Origin: Eledone cirrhosa
Taxonomy: Eukaryota
Reading direction: 5' to 3'
NCBI GenBank assembly: GCA_964016885.1
Contig: OZ024755.1
Location: 35,340,001-35,404,000 of the forward strand
DNA length: 64,000 nucleotides
Shown one piece after another: positions 12,551-24,854 of the stretch. The notes beneath the pieces are model-generated. The model ran no database searches and was not told the DNA's origin. It worked only from the letters and a program-made list of their open reading frames with translations. Every line of letters starts with the position of its first letter. Positions within the stretch are counted from its first letter, which is position 1. Position numbers and translations under genes: made by a program.

Positions 12551-13099
12551 AATCCTGTCCTAAATCTGTCAAAATAAGTCAGATAATATCATAAGAGTGG
12601 GAAGGAGCTCCTTAAGAAATACTTGCTTTGCTGCATGATAACCAAAAACTCACACCCAGGGAAACTGCAAACAGTGTCACATTTACCATTGTGCTTAGGT
12701 GTGCTTTAGCAAAAAGCCCCATTGGCCAGGTGTAGGGGCCTATCTTTCTGCCAAAAAATCTTTTTACAATTAATTATCTCCATCAGGGCCCAAGTAAGAG
12801 GCCTCATCACTTAACTAACACAGGGCCTAAGTAAGAGGTCTCATCACTTAACTAGCACAGGGCCTCATTTGTCCTAAATCCAGAACTAATTGCAGAGAAA
12901 TACACTAGTAAATCAATGGATAGAAAGCTGTTGCCACAAAAAATTATGCATGACTATGTTGCCAGAAAGCTTCAAAATATAGTAATATAGATAAGCAAAG
13001 CAGTCTACCTTGCACCAGCAACCAGTATTTTGGCTCTCACTTTGAAGGATATGCTTTTGCAATCCAAGAACAGCAAAATACCTAATACACAAAAGAGAT

Positions 13100-13392
13100 C
13101 ATCATCATCAGATGGCTTCAGCCAAAATGGACTCGACAATTGATCTCCACGTGGGTCTGTCGTTCATTGCCAAGTCCTGGATTTCAATACCAGAATCTCT
13201 GGAGATGACATCGAGGTAGGAGAGCTTGCACCTCTTATTATTAGTGACTGCTTGTGGTTTCCAAAGCACTAATGGGGACACAGCCTCGTAGGTGGCACAA
13301 TGGCAGTGACCAGCAAATCTTACTCTCCTCTTACATACAAAGACAGTTATATGTGGGAGATGCCGCCAGGTTATGTTCTGAATGCGTTGAAG
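13100..13392 (-). mobile_element. RTE-like LINE 3' end with (GAT)n tail
   Basis: ORF 13108-13395 RRVRFAGHCHCA...NDRPTWRSIVESI. Confidence 0.82.
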
Positions 13393-14753
13393 CAAAAGAA
13401 ATAGGGATGTGACAAGAGATGCAGACTCGGCATAATAAACATTAAAGATGTCATCCCAATATTATCTACCAATGAAACATTATCCAAAACACTATATAAT
13501 GATATCCGTAAAAAGGGTAACCCTGAGAATAAACGTATAAAAAGTTGCAGTGATGGGGAGTACATATGCATCTCTTGTAATGCTAAACTACGCCAGTTGC
13601 AGACTGCACATCAACATGTGATATCTCTCACCACAAAGTTTGATCACCAGCAGCAGAGTTCAAGTCCAGTCCATAAGTTGACATTGTCAAGCCATTATTT
13701 TGGCTGCCAGCCTCTGCTTCTCTTACCAGCCAACCTTCCCTCCAGGAATAACCTACTCACACCACGAGTTGATCTTTTTATATGGCTGTATTGTTTGCAT
13801 ATCTCAGTCACAAACTATCATCAAACAACAATGGAATGGTTGCTGCACAATATCGAATCGCTCTAGGTTGGGCAGCTTTCAACAAGAACAAGGAAGTGCT
13901 AACATCAAAAACGAGTTTCCTATCATTTCAAGGCTAAGATCTTTGATACTTACATCCTATCAGTTGTGTTATATGGTCTTGACTGTGTTAATTGGACGAC
14001 AAGGTCACTTCAGAAGCTGTCTACATTCCAGAACCACATCACGAGACTTATAACTGGCAAGCAACTCAGCAACCATATCTGTATCAGTGAGCTGCTCAAC
14101 ATTACCAAACTTAGACCAATTACATCAATTGTCAAGAGTACATATGCATACATTATATGAAAGAGTACTGGCAGAATGTTCCAGTCAAAACTCCAACAAA
14201 ATGCAAACATGACAGACCAGACATAGTGATATAGAACAGAGAAAAGAAGACATGCCCAAAAGAAGACATGCCAAAGTAGTTCAACAGATGTCAATATAAT
14301 TCTAAAGATTAACTAAAAGGAAAACATTTATGCTGAACTGATGAGGAATCTGCAGGTACTCCACCCTAACTAAACATACCTGTGATAATTAGGGCTCTGG
14401 GATATGTTACTAAATGCTTCAGTACAAATAATGAGATGCTGGGCTTCACAGAACCAGAAAGGGCATGACTAGGTATGAGGTTGCAAGTACAGTCCATAAA
14501 TGAAACTGTAAAAATATGTAAAACGTTTCAGAAATTTGGTAATAACTGTATATACACATGTAGAGATACAGAAACACATGTAAATGTACACATATAATTC
14601 AAAACATACAGATCCACACAAGAAACAACACCCATACCTGCACACAAACACATACAGACATACAGTCGTAATTACCTAGTTGATGTCTAAATTACAATGA
14701 AAGTCTTGTTTCTGTTAGAAACCAACTTTCTCTATTGGTGAAAATTTATAAAA

Positions 14754-15050
14754 TAATTGTTTCTACTTTTGGCACAAGGCCAGCAATTATCCCAGTGTAT
14801 TACTGGTACTTTATTTCATCGACGCTGTAAAGATGAAAGGCAAAGTTAACCTCGGCGAGATTTGAACTCAAAATATAAAGGTGCATAACTATGCTGCAAA
14901 GCATGGCGTCTGCCTTTCTACCAATACTGCCAATCCACCGATACTGCCAATCCACCGATACTGCCAATCCACCGATACTGCCAATCCACCAATACTGCCA
15001 ATCCACCAATACTGCCAATCCACCAATACTGCCAATCCACCGATACTGCC
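14754..15050 (-). mobile_element. SINE family A with about 8x tandem 17-bp amplification of its 5' A-box segment
   Basis: (CCRATACTGCCAATCCA)n at 14921-15050 continues the SINE head. Confidence 0.9.
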
Positions 15051-15528
15051 AAGCCAATGGTTTCTGCTTGAGGCACTAGCACAACAATTTTGGGGGAAGG
15101 GGAAAGTTGATTAAATCAACCCCAGTGCATTACTGGTACCATATTTTCTAATGCCAGCCAGTTTGTAGGGTATACTGGGTGTGAATTTGTGGAATCAGCA
15201 TTGCCACTTTAGAAAGTGTGTCAGTGCATTTGATCATAACACTAACGCTGGGAAGTTTGTTAAATGTTCATCTAGACTGAAGAGTTCTCTTGAACCCTGT
15301 ATTGTCTCTATTTGATTGCCAACACTTGCTGGTCTTACAATACATTTATATTTAGTCTCACAGTACTGTACTGGTGAATGGGTCTCATGTATTGTGGCAC
15401 ATCACCAGTCAGCTTAGATACGACTGGTTTAAATGCTAAAGGTTTAATCAATGGTCATTTCATCCATACAACATTCTGTTTTTAGATATATATTTTTGAT
15501 GAAACATTTTACCTTTATTTAGTATGTT

Positions 15529-15730
15529 AGGGCGGTGGATTGGCAGTATCGGTGGAGGGTCGGACGCCATGCTTTGCAGCATAGAGTTACGTCCCTTTAC
15601 GGTCTGAGTTCAAATCCCGCTGAGGTTAACTTTGCCTCTCATCCTGATGGGATGGGGTCGATAAAATAAAGTACCAGTAATTAACTGGGAAAATTGCTGG
15701 CCTTGTGCCAAAAGTAGAAACGATTATTAT
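15529..15730 (+). mobile_element. SINE family A, full length
   Basis: Head, B-box, core and tail all present. Confidence 0.9.
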
Positions 15731-17179
15731 TATCATTTAACATCCATTATTTCCCCAGCTTGCAAGGGTTGGACATAGAGATTAATCAGTAATTAAGTGG
15801 AACCTCTGACCTCAAAGTAGGCTAGGGGCTTGACATATGGCCACACACACTGTGCGCATTTTATGATGGTACTATCACTGATTTCTTTAGCATGGCTGAA
15901 GAGTCTTCCTGACCCTTTATTTGGAAGGTTTTCTATTGCTGGATGCTCTTCCCATCACCTGCTAATTTCCCGACAGTACTGGTTATTAAAAATTTCACTT
16001 TTTATTTCAGAGCCAGAAAATTATGGCATTATTAAAAATATAACAAGTAAATAGTTTCTATACCCCCACCGCACCCACCCAAGAAAGCACATTAAAATAT
16101 AACTTCTCGATAATTTCTATACCACCACCACCACCACCCCAACAAAAAACAAAAACAAGAATATTAAAATATAACTTGTAAATAGTTTCTATACCCCACT
16201 AAAACATGTTTACAACATTTGGAACATATTTGGAGTTTATTGTATGTGTAAAGTTTTTCTAATTAATTGTTTCATAAAACAACAAAATAACTAATCAAGA
16301 AAATAAACAATGAAAAACCGGCATGGGAAAGAAAAGGAAAGCAAAAAAATTGGTAAAGTTGGAGTGAGGCAACAGCTGCAAGAACTGAAGATGCCCAATG
16401 CAGGAAATGGTCTTTGTTACAGGAAAATGTATGCAAACATGAGACCTGGAGAAAAACATGTGTGAAAAGACTTAGTGCATAGCAAGAAGAATAGAAAGAG
16501 AGAGAATTGCTTGCAGAGAAGGAAATTCATTGCAAGAAGAGATAGAAGAAAGGAGGAGAAGACAAAGAAACTTCTTTTGCAGGAAAAAAGAAAACAGGAT
16601 ACTACTCACCAGAAGAAGAATAGAGAATTGTAGAAAGGAGAAAAAAATTTATTGCAAGATGAAATCGAAGAAAAGAAAGGCACAGAATGTGAGAGAATTG
16701 GTGAGAGAAGAGGAAATGTAGCTGATCAAGTGGCTCAACTGGGCCAACAAAATAATGTTGAAAATAAGAGACAATTCTGAGTAAGATCCATACCTCGTAC
16801 AGTGTATAACTTAATGTATAATGAAGCCAAGATTTTCCCCTCATAACACTGGCACAATGAATGGTGTCTGCCAGTTCTACAGATGATTGAAATGTTTATC
16901 ACAAGAACAGCATCAACAGAAGAAGGGACAAAAGGCACAAGCATCTCCTTTCAGACATTCCATATGATTAGGGAGGAGAAGGAAAAGGGGAAAGAGTTTG
17001 CGAGGTAGCCGATTGTTGCTTGCAAATAAATTAGAAAGTTAGATGAAGTAATGATATGGTTATAAAAAATGAATATTAGTAACATAGTTGTGAAGATATG
17101 GAAATTACCATTTTTCTGCTTTATTAAACAAGAACATTTCATTTATAGGAAATTTAACAACTGTTGTGAAAGGTTACTC

Positions 17180-18030
17180 TTCTTCCACACACCTTCCAGT
17201 AGGTCCTGTCAGTAGCAACTGTCTCCAACTGATACAGCTGGATCCCCAAGCACGACCAGCCAAGCTCATGGATGTTGTCCAACCATCTTTCTCGGGCTCT
17301 ACCTCTGGGTCTCCTAGCGGTTGGTTTTGCCCATAAAATCTATCCAGCAATTCTTTCCTGAGACATTCTAAACACATGCCCATAGTGTCGGAGCTGTGGT
17401 CTCTCAGTTGGGAGAAGCAGCAGCTCTACCTGGAGTGACTCTCCAGTGATTCTTTCCTGAGACATTCTAAACACATGCCCATAGTGTCGGAGCTGTGGTC
17501 TCTCAGTTGGGAGAAGCAGCAGCTCTACCTGGAGTGACTCTCCAGTGATTCTTTCCTGAGACATTCTAAACACATGCCCATAGTGTCGGAGCTGTGGTCT
17601 CTCAGTTGGGAGAAGCAGCAGCTCTACCTGGAGTGACTCTCCAGTGATTCTTTCCTGAGACATTCTAAACACATGCCCATAGTGTCGGAGCTGTGGTCTC
17701 TCAGTTGGGAGAAGCAGCAGCTCTACCTGGAGTGACTCTCCAGTGATTCTTTCCTGAGACATTCTAAACACATGCCCATAGTGTCGGAGCTGTGGTCTCT
17801 CAGTTGGGAGAAGCAGCAGCTCTACCTGGAGTGACTCTCCAGTGATTCTTTCCTGAGACATTCTAAACACATGCCCATAGTGTCGGAGCTGTGGTCTTTC
17901 AATTCGGAGAAGCACTGACTCTCTGATCTCTAAGCTATGCACTTTATCGAGTAACATTACTCCAAAGACCCTTCAGAGGAACCCCATTTCGGCCGCTTGT
18001 ATTCGCAATCATATTCTTTCAGTCATTACC
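17180..18030 (-). mobile_element. RTE-clade LINE 3' fragment containing a 99-bp tandem array
   Basis: RIQAAEMGFL, LLRIERPQLRHYGHVFRMSQERI, RGRARERWLDNI motifs; 99-bp units start at 17361, 17460, 17559, 17658, 17757 and 17856. Confidence 0.88.
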
Positions 18031-18164
18031 CAAAATTCAGGACCAGACCATAGGTAAGGGTTATACTCATCAAACAAATAAATAAACAATTAGAAGCTGA
18101 ATTAAACTGTTTTTGAACGAATAGTTCATACCATTGATAATATTTATATTTAGATGAATTTGTT

Positions 18165-18394
18165 GGATCTGGTAATAGGAACGATTGACTTTCGTCAAAT
18201 CGGACCAAGGGAACAATGTTTCCGTTGGTCTTTCCAATTGCTAATACTATCTATCGGTCGCAACTCCAGGTAGAAGGAACAACATGAAATAAAGTGTCTT
18301 GCCCAAGGACATAACGCATCGCCTGGTCCAGGAATCGAACTCACAACCTTACGATTGCGAATCCAATTCTCTAACCACTCAGCCACACGCCTTC
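18165..18394 (-). mobile_element. CORE-like tRNA SINE, second tail type
   Basis: GGCGTGTGGCTGAGTGGTTAGAG head, GAGTTCGATTCC B-box, CCTTGGGCAAGACACTT core; matches 62371-62580 and 36350-36540. Confidence 0.85.
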
Positions 18395-18469
18395 ACTGGT
18401 AAACTTACCTTAATAACACACTGGTGAGCTTTTTACAAGGTCAATTGAAAAAGTATTACTATTGGGTAG

Positions 18470-18670
18470 TAATGGTTTCTTATATAGGCACCAGGCCAAA
18501 TTTGGAGGGAGGGGAAAGTTGATTAAATTGACCCCAGTGCGTGTCTGGTACTTTATTTTATCAACCCTGTAAGGATGAAAGGCAGGATTTGAACTCAGAT
18601 CATAAAGGGCCGTAACTCTGCTGCAAAGCATAGCGGCCAACACTCTACCAATACTGCCAATCCACCACCC
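18470..18670 (-). mobile_element. SINE family A copy
   Basis: Reverse-complement match with an internal deletion. Confidence 0.8.
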
Positions 18671-18897
18671 TATATCCCATATCTGAAAATAAAAATTTGA
18701 AGATATTTAGTAACATAACAAGCATCCTCATTACTATACTGATAGTAATGAGAAAGCTTATGTTACTAAATATCTTCAAATTTTTATTTTCAGAATTATT
18801 TAAAAAATATATAGTGTCTTTCGTTAGAAATATTGTAACAAAATGACTAACAGAGCAGGGGGGGGGGGTCTCTCACAGTCCTTGTTTCGTTATAGCT

Positions 18898-19982
18898 TTA
18901 ACCCTTTACTATTTAAACTGGCCACATCCGGCCAGAATTCTCTCACCTCTTTCTGGTCAAACCGATGATAACTGGCCCCTCATACTGACGTTAAGGTATT
19001 GTTCTAATATAATAATAATGAAATTATTGTGTACAGTGCTCAGGTGCACTACAACTCATCAAAGGTGCATGTATAGTACATAGAATAATGTACAAATGTC
19101 AGGAAAATGAACAGTGTATGAGTCATGATATAATAATAATAATTGTTTCTACTTCAGGCACAAGGCCAGCAATTACCCAGTACATAACTGGTACTTTATT
19201 TTATCGACCCCATAAGGATGAAAGGCAATGATATAATAATAATAATAATGAAATATTGTGTTCAGTGCCCAGGTGCACCACAACTCATCAAAAAGTGCAT
19301 GTACAGTACATAGGGCAATGCACAAACATCAGTAAAATGAACAGTGCACGAGTCATGATACACACATGTGCATGTGTATCTCAAAATAAATAACATCAAA
19401 ATCTCATTGATTCAATATTATGGGAGATATTATGTGAGGTAAAAGCCTTTACTGTGAAAATACAATAGTAAATATAGAGTAATGTAAATGTTATGAGATA
19501 TTATGTGAGGTAAAGCCTTTACTGTGAAAATACAATAGTATATATAGAGTAATGTGAATGTTATGTGAGATATTATGTGAGGTAAAGCCTTTACTGTGAA
19601 AATACAATAGTATATATAGAGTAATGTAAATGTTATGTGAGATAATTATGTGAGGTAAAGCCTTTACCATGAAAATACAATAGTATATATAGAGTAATGT
19701 AAATGTTATGTGAGAAAATTATGTGAGGTAAAGCCTTTACCATGAAAATATAATAGTATATATAGAGTAATGTAAATGTTATGTGAGGTAAAGCCTTTAC
19801 TGTGAAAATACAATAGCATATATAGAGTAATGTAAATGTTATGTGAGATAATTATGTGAGGTAAAGCCTTTACCATGAAAATATAATAGTATATATAGAG
19901 TAATGTAAATATGTGAGATAATTATGTAAGGTAAATTCTTTACCATGAAAATATAATAGGAATGTAAATGTTAAAGGGTTAA
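18898..19982 (+). mobile_element. piggyBac-type (TTAA) MITE, interrupted by CR1 3'-end and SINE fragments, with about 72-bp internal tandem array
   Basis: TTAA-CCCTTTA...AAAGGG-TTAA ends; CR1 tail pieces at 19010-19135 and 19235-19380; tandem units 19420-19960. Confidence 0.8.
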
Positions 19983-20237
19983 ATATAACCAAAAATCAGG
20001 ATCACCTGAAACTACAGATTTCGCTTCACATGAAACAGGGAGATCTTTTACAGGATGATAAACTTCTGAGGTGAAATACACATAAAAAATATTTATGATG
20101 TAAATATTAACTTTTGTATAGTTAATTAAAGTTTATACATGAAAAATTGATCATGCAAACATTCCCTTAAGAATAATTAACTAAATTATGAATTGAATAT
20201 GAATCTGGGGTAAAAGAAATATAATAAAACCAAGAAA

Positions 20238-20452
20238 ATAATGGTTTCTGATTTAGGCACAAGGCCAGCAATTTTTGGGGGAGGGGAAGTCTATTAAATT
20301 GACACCAGTGCATTACTGGTACTTTATTTTATCAACCCTGTTAGGACGAAAGGCAAAGCTTACCTCAGCAGGATTTGAACTCAGAATGTAATGGGTCATA
20401 ACTGTATGCCGCAAAGCAAGGTGTCCGATGCTCTACCAATTCTGCCAATCCA
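20238..20452 (-). mobile_element. SINE family A copy
   Basis: Reverse-complement match. Confidence 0.85.
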
Positions 20453-20980
20453 ATAGCTTTTATACAGCCATAGTCATTACGGTTTTTATTGGTTCAATGT
20501 GAAGTTATATAAACTGATTTTACCAGCAACTTAGAAATTTGAATTGACAATTTTCACAAAGATATAGTCATATGAAGTAGTGACAAATGAGGAAATAATT
20601 CTAGTTAAATTATTGAAGCATATATGGAATATTTTGCACCTATATTGAAATGTTGGAGTATCTCATGATATTTAAGTATTTCAAGTATTTAATATAGTGA
20701 AATTATAATTCAAGTGAAAATTTCATGAATATTTCTAACATTAGCATTCCAAATATTCATAATCAAAGTATTACAGTATCAATTTAATTTATAGTTCAAC
20801 AGTATTATTTTTATTGATGACATATTTATTGCAAATATACAAATGGGAAATTTGTTTTATTTAATTTTATTTGAAGATAATAAATATTTTTACTTTTATT
20901 TCCTTATTTTGTAGAAGCACCATGAAATTATAATCATTGTACCTGATGTTACCCAGAGTAGCAAAAGTAAATTCCCAACT

Positions 20981-21295
20981 TTAACCCTTTAACATTTACA
21001 TTACTCCTTTGGGAGCCCCTACATGGACACACTAGAAGAGGAAGACCAAGGTTAACGTATGTTGATGCCCTAAGGACAGACACTGGTCTGTTGGAGACAT
21101 GGCAGCGATAATGAGGGACAGAGACCGCTGGAGAGAACTCGTCCATGGATCTCGGGAATTTTACCCGCCTTAGATAGATAGATAGATTACTCTATATATA
21201 CTAGTGTATTTTCACAGTAAAGGTTTTATCTCACATAATTATTGCACATAATATTGAATCAATGAGATTTTGCTATTATCTATTTTGAGAACACC
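20981..21295 (-). mobile_element. piggyBac-type MITE fragment carrying an RTE 3' end (21005-21187, +) with (TAGA)n tail
   Basis: TTAACCCTTTAACATTTACATTACTC end; the insert encodes LLWEP.HG..RRGRPRLTYVDAL...IMRDRDRWR. Confidence 0.75.
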
Positions 21296-21719
21296 TTAAC
21301 CTTTTCGCATTTAAACCAGCCATATTTGGCCAGAACTCTCTCACCTCTTTCTGTTCAAACTGGCTGCTCATACTGATGTTAAGGTATTGTTTTCAAAATA
21401 AATAATATCAAAACCTCATAGATTCGATATTATGTGAGATAATTATGTAACAAAGCCTTTACTGTGAAATTACAAAAGTAAATATAGAATAATTGTTTCT
21501 ACTTTAGGCACAAGGCCAGCAATTACCCAGTGTATTACTGGTACTTTATTTTATCGACCCCATAAGGATGAAAGGCAAAGTTAACCTCGGCAGGATTTGA
21601 ACTCAGAATGGCAAGGGCCGTAACTCTATGCGTCAAAGCATGTCGTCCGACCCGCTACCGATACTGCCAATCCACCGCCCTAAAGTAAATATAGAATAAT
21701 GTGAATGCCAAAGGGTTAA
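21296..21719 (+). mobile_element. piggyBac-type MITE with nested SINE A (21489-21680, -)
   Basis: TTAACC...AAAGGGTTAA ends; the SINE is flanked by a direct repeat aaagtaaatatagaataat (TSD). Confidence 0.85.
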
Positions 21720-21859
21720 AGTCAGTATGAGTGGCTAGTTACAGCCAGTTCAAACAGAAAGAGGTGAGAGAATTCTGGCTGGATATGGCCGGTTTAAATG
21801 CTAAAGGGTTAATGCAATTCTCAAAGAGATTCAGTATGATACAGTGCATGACAAGACTG

Positions 21860-22020
21860 ACCCTTTGAATTGCAGGTTCAAGCCATCCAATGGGCTTCCA
21901 CACAGTTTCTGTCTACCAAATTTACTCATATAGCATGGGTTGACGCGAAGCTATGTTAAATGACACTTGCCCAAGAAGCCACACAGTAGGATTGAACCTG
22001 AGACCTAATGATTGTGAACA
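21860..22020 (-). mobile_element. Older CORE-like SINE fragment (also 42995-43120)
   Basis: GGCTTCCACACAGTTTCTGTCTACCAAATT...GACACTTGCCCAAG...GGATTGAACC. Confidence 0.65.
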
Positions 22021-22639
22021 AATCATAGACTTATCACATTAGTATAACAGTGTTGCATTCTTTGTTCTTATTAATACAAAACAAAGATATTTTATAAAGA
22101 TTAATTTCAGCAGATGTAAAATAATAATTGTTTCTACTTTTGGCACAAGGCCAGTAATTACTCAGTACATTACTGGTACTTTATTTTATCGACCCCATAA
22201 GGATGAAAGGCAAAGTTAACCTGCTTTGTGGCATATAGTTTACGTCCCTTATCTTCTCAGTTCAAATCTGGGTGAGGGAGGCATTGCCTTTCATCCTTAT
22301 GGGATCAATCAAAGAATGTACCAGTAATGTACTGGGGTTAATTTACACTACTTTTCCCTTCCCACAAAATTGAAGACCTTTTGGTAACATAAGACTACCA
22401 GACTGAATAAAATATCACTTCATTAAAATAATTTAATTATTCACATCACTCAAAGAACCTATATATAAGGGAAATAATAATATAAAAGTAGTTTATTATA
22501 TGTACAAAACACTTTATACATGTTAAAAAGATCCTTTTTTTATATATACACCAGGTGTGCTTTTCGAACCCTTTTTTATTATCATTTTCCTTATATAACA
22601 TGATCTATATAGGAGGTTTTCTAACATCCACACTTCTTT

Positions 22640-22686
<47 letters not shown>

Positions 22687-22836
22687 ATACTTTGGGAGGG
22701 TCATGTTGCCAGTAAGAAACACACGCACCAGTTGCTTTCATTTCAATTTATTATATATTTATAAATTTACAAATTTACAAATCTATAAATTTCTGGTTGG
22801 TTGGTTGGTTCCACAACCAGATAGTTGTTTACATAT

Positions 22837-22881
22837 AGTCATAGTCCTTTCGTCACACATTCTGTGACCTCTTCAGTGACT
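22837..22881 (-). ncRNA. Minimal type I hammerhead ribozyme (CUGAAGA variant)
   Basis: Exact reverse complement of 23016-23060. Confidence 0.72.
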
Positions 22882-23015
22882 GGGGATTCCTTTCTTTGTT
22901 TCTGTGCCTTTCCTTTCTTCTGTCCTACGCCATTTTGTTTCTATGTGTGTGTTCACACACACAGACAGAAACAAAATGGCGTAGGACAGGCACAGAAACA
23001 AAGAAAGGAATCCCC

Positions 23016-23060
23016 AGTCACTGAAGAGGTCACAGAATGTGTGACGAAAGGACTATGACT
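23016..23060 (+). ncRNA. Minimal type I hammerhead ribozyme (CUGAAGA variant)
   Basis: aguca-CUGAAGA-g-gucaca(gaaug)ugugac-GAAA-ggac-UA-ugacu; stems I and II pair; one extra nucleotide after the core. Confidence 0.72.
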
Positions 23061-24112
23061 ATATGTAAACAACTATCTGGTTGTGGAACCAACCAACCAA
23101 CCAGAAATTTATAGATTTGTAAATTTATAAATATATAATAAATTGAAGTGAAAGCAACTGGTGCGTGTGTTTCTTACTGGCAACATGACCCTCCCAAAGT
23201 ATAACAATATCGGTTTCAACACACGATTTCAGATAAAGAATCTTGCTAAACAAATTCAGAAACGAAATATATATATGTAGAGAGAGAGAGAAGTAGAACA
23301 CTGGAAGGTAATATCTGTAGTGATAGAGCACTCAGTCCATGGGATGGGTTTGGTAGAAGTAGTAACACAACAGTTAGTTCACCATACCGAGAATAATTGT
23401 TTTACCTTAGCGGATCTTCAGCTCGGACTCTGTTCTATATATATAATAATTGTAATAAATGGAAAATATATCACTATAGCATCATATTTATTCCATTATA
23501 TATACTAGCATATAGTGTGTATATTGATATTATACGCAGGTATATATACATGTAGATATGATACATCAAATAAAATGATACATCAAATAAAATCGTAATT
23601 GAAAATATACACAGAAATTGAACGAAGTCTGCGTTACACTGTCTTATGTAATCAATAACGTAATCCATGATACATTAAAAAAAGATGATATTATATATAA
23701 ACTGCATTAGGAGAAAATTAGTGACAGAAATATTTATTTAAGCGATGGCTAACCGGAAGAGTTGACATTTCAGAAATTTTAAAGAAGTGAATCTTTAAAT
23801 AAACAAAATATATTTAATCAACAGCCACGATATTTAATAGATAAATTATGTAATATTCATTCATTATTTATTCAAAGTAATCCAACCTATTTTACTAATG
23901 GGATAAACATTTATAAACCGTACACAGTCCCACACTCCTTACTTTATTATAGTTTATACTAGTATGCTTTCATCAGATAAAATACAATAGTTGATGTATA
24001 AGATAGTGACATACCCCAAAATATAGACCTCATACGGTCAACTTAAAATAGGCATGTGATTTAAAATCTCACACGTGTATGCGTGCGTGCGTGTGGGTGT
24101 GTGCGTGTATGA

Positions 24113-24335
24113 GGATTGCAGTGTCTTCGCAGACGATTGCCATCCCTTATTGATTCTTCGTTATCATCCCTTCCAGATTCGTAGATGACTTTCTAGACCA
24201 GCTGTAGCTCTGCATGGTTTACGACACAGGTGACATAAGAGAGTTGTGCTTTCCACAGGACTGGTGGGGTCACCCTGAGGGTGACACAATCTTTATGTGC
24301 CACCATGTGTGTTTTTTTTTAGTCCGGAACAAGTT
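24113..24335 (-). mobile_element. RTE (BovB-like) 3' end with terminal zinc-finger motif
   Basis: Minus strand translates CHLCRKPCRATAGLESHLRI, then stop, short UTR and a microsatellite tail. Confidence 0.65.
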
Positions 24336-24854
24336 CTACACACTTTGTTATATACATACATACATACATACACACACGCATTGTTATATACATACACATG
24401 CACACACACACACATTGTTATATACATACACACACACACATTGTTATATACATACACATTGTTATATACATACACACACACATTGTTATATACACACAGA
24501 GAGAGAGAGAGAGAGACATTTATGAATGATAACTTTATATTTGTATATACACAATACAGTGGCAATGGAATCTGTATAAATATGTGTAGAGAGACATATG
24601 CCAAATTTTGTGTTTCCCTGTTAATATCTTTTCGGTTATGTTAGTTCATTAAGTGACATTTACCCCTTTAGTATTTAAACCCCTTTAGTATCTTGCCAGA
24701 ATTCTCTCACCTCTTTTAGTTCAAACTGGCTGTAACTAACTGCTCATACTGATGTTAAGGTATTGTTCTCAAAATAGAAAATATCAAAATCTCATAGATT
24801 CAATATTATGTGAGACAAAGCCTTTATCATGAAAATATAATAGTATATATATAG

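Larger units (their letters stand above)
22680..23270. mobile_element. Palindromic hammerhead-bearing element (putative Penelope-like pLTR pair) flanked by (TA)n
   Basis: About 260-bp near-identical inverted arms centred near 22952; each arm carries a hammerhead; the right arm extends into the MTLPKYNN... ORF start. Confidence 0.75.
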
